From: a virus
Taxonomy: Duplodnaviria > Heunggongvirae > Uroviricota > Caudoviricetes
Length of the DNA stretch: 19,547 bases
Reading direction: 5' to 3' (one strand)
IMG/VR virus record: IMGVR_UViG_2671181100_000008
Location: 1 to 19,547 of that record
Made by a program: the position numbers and the translations under genes. The notes beneath the pieces are model-generated. The model searched no databases. It was given only the letters and a program-made list of their open reading frames with translations, and had not been told where the DNA came from. This document shows, piece by piece, positions 16,024-19,547 of the stretch (position 1 is the stretch's first letter; each line of letters starts with the position of its first letter).

Positions 16024-17913
16024 ATGAAATCCGAGACGCTAACTGTCCAACAACTTTTTCAAGACCGCCGACAATACTGTGTTCCATTCTATCAACGTGC
16101 CTATGTATGGACTCAGCGAAACCAATGGTCAGCTCTACTGGAGGATATCCTAGAGAAAGCACAATCCCGGCTCTCGGGTACAAAACCAACTCCCCATTTC
16201 CTTGGTGCAGTGGTACTGGAACCTCAACCAAAAAAAGGATTATTCGGTGTAGATTCCATACATATTATTGATGGTCAGCAACGATTGACCACTCTTCAAT
16301 ATGTTCTGGCATCCATCCGATTAGCATTACGTGCGACAGATCTTTCCAACTTAGAGCCTCTCATTTCGTCTTGCCTGAAAAACTCAAACGAAGACACAAT
16401 GCGAAATAAAGAAGTAGAGCGCTTCAAACTGTGGCCAACTTTTCGGGATCAAACTCATTTTATTCAAAGTTTTAATGTTGAAAATATTGACGATATCCGG
16501 AATGTATTCTCTGATAGTTTCACGCAGCATGGTACGTTGCGTAAGCATTTTAATCACCCGCCATCACTAGAAGCATTATGTTTTTTTACTGAAGCCTTTA
16601 TAAAGTGGATTAAAATAGAAAATCACTCACCACGAGAAAATGCTGTAGCATTAATTGAGGCTGTCTTGACGGATCTGAAACTAGTAAGCATATTTCTCGA
16701 GGCTGAAGATGACGCTCAAATAATTTTTGAAACATTAAATGGCAGAGGTGCGGAACTTCATGCCACAGATCTTATTCGCAATTATATTTTTATGTGCGCT
16801 GAACATGAAAATATTAATGCTGTTGAATTATATGAGAATGAGTGGAAGATCTTTGAAGATACGTACTGGTCAGAAAGACAACGTCGTGGTCGTATTAATA
16901 AACCACGCATGGAGTGGCTAGTGCATGCAACATTGCAATCAGAAAGGCAACGTGAAATCGATCTGTCTCGTCTTTACAATGAGTATCGTGATTATGTAAG
17001 TAAGGACTTGCCTTCACAACGAGCAGATCTGCAAGTAAAGCGCCTCAAACAATATGCATCACAATATAAAGAATTGGTTGGTGGTTTTGGCACAACCCCC
17101 ATCTCACACTTTGGACATCGCATCGCAGCCTATGATGTGACGACACTTTATCCGCTTGCTTTGTTCATTTCGATAGCTAACATCGCCGATGATGAGAAAG
17201 CAGCCATGTATAATGATCTTGTCTCCTACGTAGTACGAAGAGCCGTATGTGGCCTGACGCCAAAGAATTACAACAATGTATTTATGAATGTATTGCGGCA
17301 CTTGTCTAAAACAGAAATTTCCAGTGTTGAGTTACGTAATATCCTCAATAGCTTAAATGGCGAAGCCTCACGTTGGCCTGGGGACTCAGAATTTCTCAAC
17401 GCTTGCATCAATGCTCCACTTTATCCTGGCAGGCTCGACGCACCGAAAATGCGCTCAATGTTAACGGAACTTGAAAGAGAACTTTGTCGCCAAGTGAAGA
17501 CAGAGAAGCCTGATGTTCCAAATCTTTCTAACCTCGATATCGATCATCTTATGCCTCAAAGTTGGTATTCCTGTTGGCCTCTCGAAAATGGTCATATGGT
17601 GACAAATTCAGATGCTACGGTATTGAACCAAATTGTTCTGTCTGGAACCGATCTTACCCCAGAACAGCTACTGGTAAGGAAACGGCAACAAGCGATAGCT
17701 ACGTTGGGAAATCTAACTTTGCTTAACCTTAGCGTAAACCGTTCTGTTCAGAATGCTGTATTTCTGAAAAAACGTGATGCTCTCATCGTCCACACCAATC
17801 TACGACTGAACATTCCACTTATAGTTAAGGATAAATGGGATGAGGATGAAATCCTGGAGCGGGGTAAAAAGTTGGGGGAAATTGCATTGAAAGTATGGCC
17901 AAAACACGATTAA
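16024..17913 (+). CDS. GmrSD-like DUF262/DUF1524 protein (type IV restriction-like, ParB-like NTPase domain plus His-Me finger nuclease), 629 aa
   Basis: N-terminal DUF262 hallmarks (VPFYQRAYVW, IIDGQQRLTTLQ) and C-terminal DUF1524-like DIDHLMPQSW ... NLTLLNLSVNRSVQN; start chosen at ATG 16024 so the motif sits at the N-terminus (alternative ATG 15964 lacks an RBS). Confidence 0.8.
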   Translation: MKSETLTVQQLFQDRRQYCVPFYQRAYVWTQRNQWSALLEDILEKAQSRLSGTKPTPHFLGAVVLEPQPKKGLFGVDSIHIIDGQQRLTTLQYVLASIRLALRATDLSNLEPLISSCLKNSNEDTMRNKEVERFKLWPTFRDQTHFIQSFNVENIDDIRNVFSDSFTQHGTLRKHFNHPPSLEALCFFTEAFIKWIKIENHSPRENAVALIEAVLTDLKLVSIFLEAEDDAQIIFETLNGRGAELHATDLIRNYIFMCAEHENINAVELYENEWKIFEDTYWSERQRRGRINKPRMEWLVHATLQSERQREIDLSRLYNEYRDYVSKDLPSQRADLQVKRLKQYASQYKELVGGFGTTPISHFGHRIAAYDVTTLYPLALFISIANIADDEKAAMYNDLVSYVVRRAVCGLTPKNYNNVFMNVLRHLSKTEISSVELRNILNSLNGEASRWPGDSEFLNACINAPLYPGRLDAPKMRSMLTELERELCRQVKTEKPDVPNLSNLDIDHLMPQSWYSCWPLENGHMVTNSDATVLNQIVLSGTDLTPEQLLVRKRQQAIATLGNLTLLNLSVNRSVQNAVFLKKRDALIVHTNLRLNIPLIVKDKWDEDEILERGKKLGEIALKVWPKHD

Positions 17914-17935
17914 TGCAATTAATAAAATGATTATA

Positions 17936-17959
17936 GCGGCCTTACATTAGTAAGGCCGC
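17936..17959. terminator. Perfect 9-bp hairpin 23 nt after the GmrSD-like stop (putative terminator)
   Basis: gcggcctta (17936-17944), loop cattag, taaggccgc (17951-17959); no clear T-run on the plus strand, so efficiency is uncertain. Confidence 0.4.
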
Positions 17960-18277
17960 TACTCACTATTAAATCCTTTAATTTGCAACAAGAACAGCAG
18001 TGTCAGCCCTAGGTTTCGGACTTTGTACCGCTTATCTTGTCTTCAAAAATCAGCTCGCATCCTGCACAGTTCAGCGCATTACGAATCTGTAGCACCAATC
18101 TTAACTATCTGTTTTAGCAAGCATTAACCGCATTCACTAAGCTATAGTTGATGGCACAAACAGAAAGTTGATGCATGATGTTGTCATGTGTATGTCACAA
18201 ATGCGGCACAACGATCTTCAAACATGTAGCCACACATCCACAGAAGAGCACAAAGCCTTGCAATCCAGTGCAACGCT

Positions 18278-18511
18278 TTGTGTACCATAGTTTTTCCTTA
18301 TCAACTACCGCAAGTATCGATCGATGGAGGCTTGGATGTTAAATTTCATGACTTTGATCACTTGGTGCATCACGAAACTATCGAAGTGCAACTCGCTCAT
18401 GCCAACGGCGGATCTGTGCGTGGGATTTACAACCATGCTCAGTATCTAGATAAGCGCAGAGAAATGATGCAGTGGTGGGCTGATTACATCGATGGTCGTG
18501 CAGGAGTGTAA
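18278..18511 (+). pseudogene. Integrase C-terminal remnant (P4-type), 5'-truncated
   Basis: Translation ...IEVQLAHANGGSVRGIYNHAQYLDKRREMMQWWADYIDG parallels the C-terminus of the intact integrase at 11018-12232 (...IETQLAHVDKNSIRGTYNHAQYLDGRREMLQWYADYMEA); only about 45-55 residues are recognisable. Confidence 0.6.
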
Positions 18512-18515
18512 GCCA

Positions 18516-19547
18516 TTACGCGAATTCTTCCACGATCGCCATGCCAGTAGCACCATCACCACCGGTAAATGCCGTACCGGTAAACCCAAGGTCATACGCG
18601 CCACCACCACCGGATCCGGGAGCTGCGCCAGCAATACCGGCCTGAGAACCCGCCCGGCCACCGCCGCCAAAATACGACGCCCCGCCGTTGCCCGTTAGAA
18701 GGCTTGAGCCTGTCTGTCCATCTGAGCCGGTACCACCGTTGATCCTGATATCTCCGGTCGCCGCCGTACCTCCGGCGCCGCCGGCGGTATTGGACACGCC
18801 TGACTTCACGCCGCCTTTCCCGCCAGGAGCTGAGAACAGGCTGGCAAACGAGGTAGCACCACCATCCGCACCACTTACTGCGCCAACTCCGCCCTTACCA
18901 CCCTTGCCGACAGTAATCGCGTAAGAACTGGCAGCAGACAGGTCAACCCATACGATAATGGTCGCACCCGCACCGCCGCCGGCACCGGAGAAGGTTTCTG
19001 TATTGTTGGAGGCCTGGCAGCCGCCACCGCCACCACCGGCGCCGGTCAACGTTACTTTTGCATAACGGGCCAGAGGAGATCGCGTATAGGTTCCGTTTGC
19101 ATAGAAAGCTTTTGGAGCGCCAAGAGAACGCCCGACAAAACCAGAGGAATCAGATATTCCGAGGTTATAACGGGCTTCATTTACCGCATCTTCACCGGCA
19201 TCTTTAATTTCTGACAGGTTATTACTGATCTGCAGGAAAGATAATAATGACCCGGCGGTCATTAAATTCGCGACAATGTCATTCGTTGACCATACGCGCG
19301 CCGTAGTTCCTTCCTGACCACGAATTACTGTCATCACGTCACCAGATACAGATGTGACGTGCATAATTTCAGAAATTGTTTTCGTGGCCGCGTCGGTTAT
19401 CGTTAATTTGAAATAACTCTGTCCCGAAACTGGCGATGGGAATAAAGACCCCGCTCCAGTACCCACGGTAATAACGGTAGCGGACGCGCTAATACCCGCA
19501 GCGAGCACACTCTTTGCGTTATTATTGGCTAATAGTTTCAACGCCAT
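18516..19547 (-). CDS. Glycine-rich tail-fibre-like protein (343 aa if the ATG at the window edge is the true start)
   Basis: ATG coincides with the last three bases of the window, so the N-terminus may extend beyond it; the C-terminal two thirds are GGxGG/GxG repeats; GC-rich. Confidence 0.5.
   Translation of the reverse strand: MALKLLANNNAKSVLAAGISASATVITVGTGAGSLFPSPVSGQSYFKLTITDAATKTISEIMHVTSVSGDVMTVIRGQEGTTARVWSTNDIVANLMTAGSLLSFLQISNNLSEIKDAGEDAVNEARYNLGISDSSGFVGRSLGAPKAFYANGTYTRSPLARYAKVTLTGAGGGGGGCQASNNTETFSGAGGGAGATIIVWVDLSAASSYAITVGKGGKGGVGAVSGADGGATSFASLFSAPGGKGGVKSGVSNTAGGAGGTAATGDIRINGGTGSDGQTGSSLLTGNGGASYFGGGGRAGSQAGIAGAAPGSGGGGAYDLGFTGTAFTGGDGATGMAIVEEFA

Noticed and set aside
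18040-18100. Possible second tRNA around the 12-mer cgcattacgaat
   Set aside because: Flanks do not form a cloverleaf or match the tRNA-Thr 5' or 3' halves; kept only as a short att-like match.
18446-18924. ORFs (74, 68, 78 aa) overlapping the tail-fibre-like gene
   Set aside because: Out-of-frame or antisense reading of a Gly-rich repeat coding region, giving Pro/Ala-rich artefacts.
1-19547. CRISPR array or rRNA genes
   Set aside because: No regularly spaced direct repeats with unique spacers and no rRNA-like conserved segments were seen; the only periodic repeats are the iterons and Gly-codon repeats.

Overview
Mosaic accessory region, probably enterobacterial, with no CRISPR array and no rRNA. 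The window reads as: (i) the 3' end of a host-like LysR-family regulator gene (1-411); (ii) an ~11.9 kb P4/PICI-like integrative satellite element (about 536-12444) bounded by imperfect direct repeats of the 3' end of a tRNA-Thr-like gene, carrying a P4-type integrase, alpA, a translationally coupled replication operon with a primase/helicase gene, an iteron cluster, and an AT-rich two-gene cargo module at its integrase-distal end (850-3568); (iii) a second AT-rich accessory stretch (12445 to about 18500) with a ParA-like ATPase three-gene operon, a 5'-truncated frameshifted umuC-like remnant, a GmrSD-like DUF262/DUF1524 gene and an integrase C-terminal remnant; (iv) a glycine-rich tail-fibre-like gene at the right edge. 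The best candidate for an undescribed system is the cargo pair at 850-3568: a 375-aa protein with no motif I can assign, followed by a 499-aa protein with an N-terminal SIR2-like (NADase-type) domain and an unassigned C-terminal half. The ParA-like three-gene operon (13192-15093) is a second candidate. All family assignments come from reading the translated ORFs and from memory of motifs; no database search was possible, and the tRNA-Thr (thrW-like) identity rests on recalled sequence.
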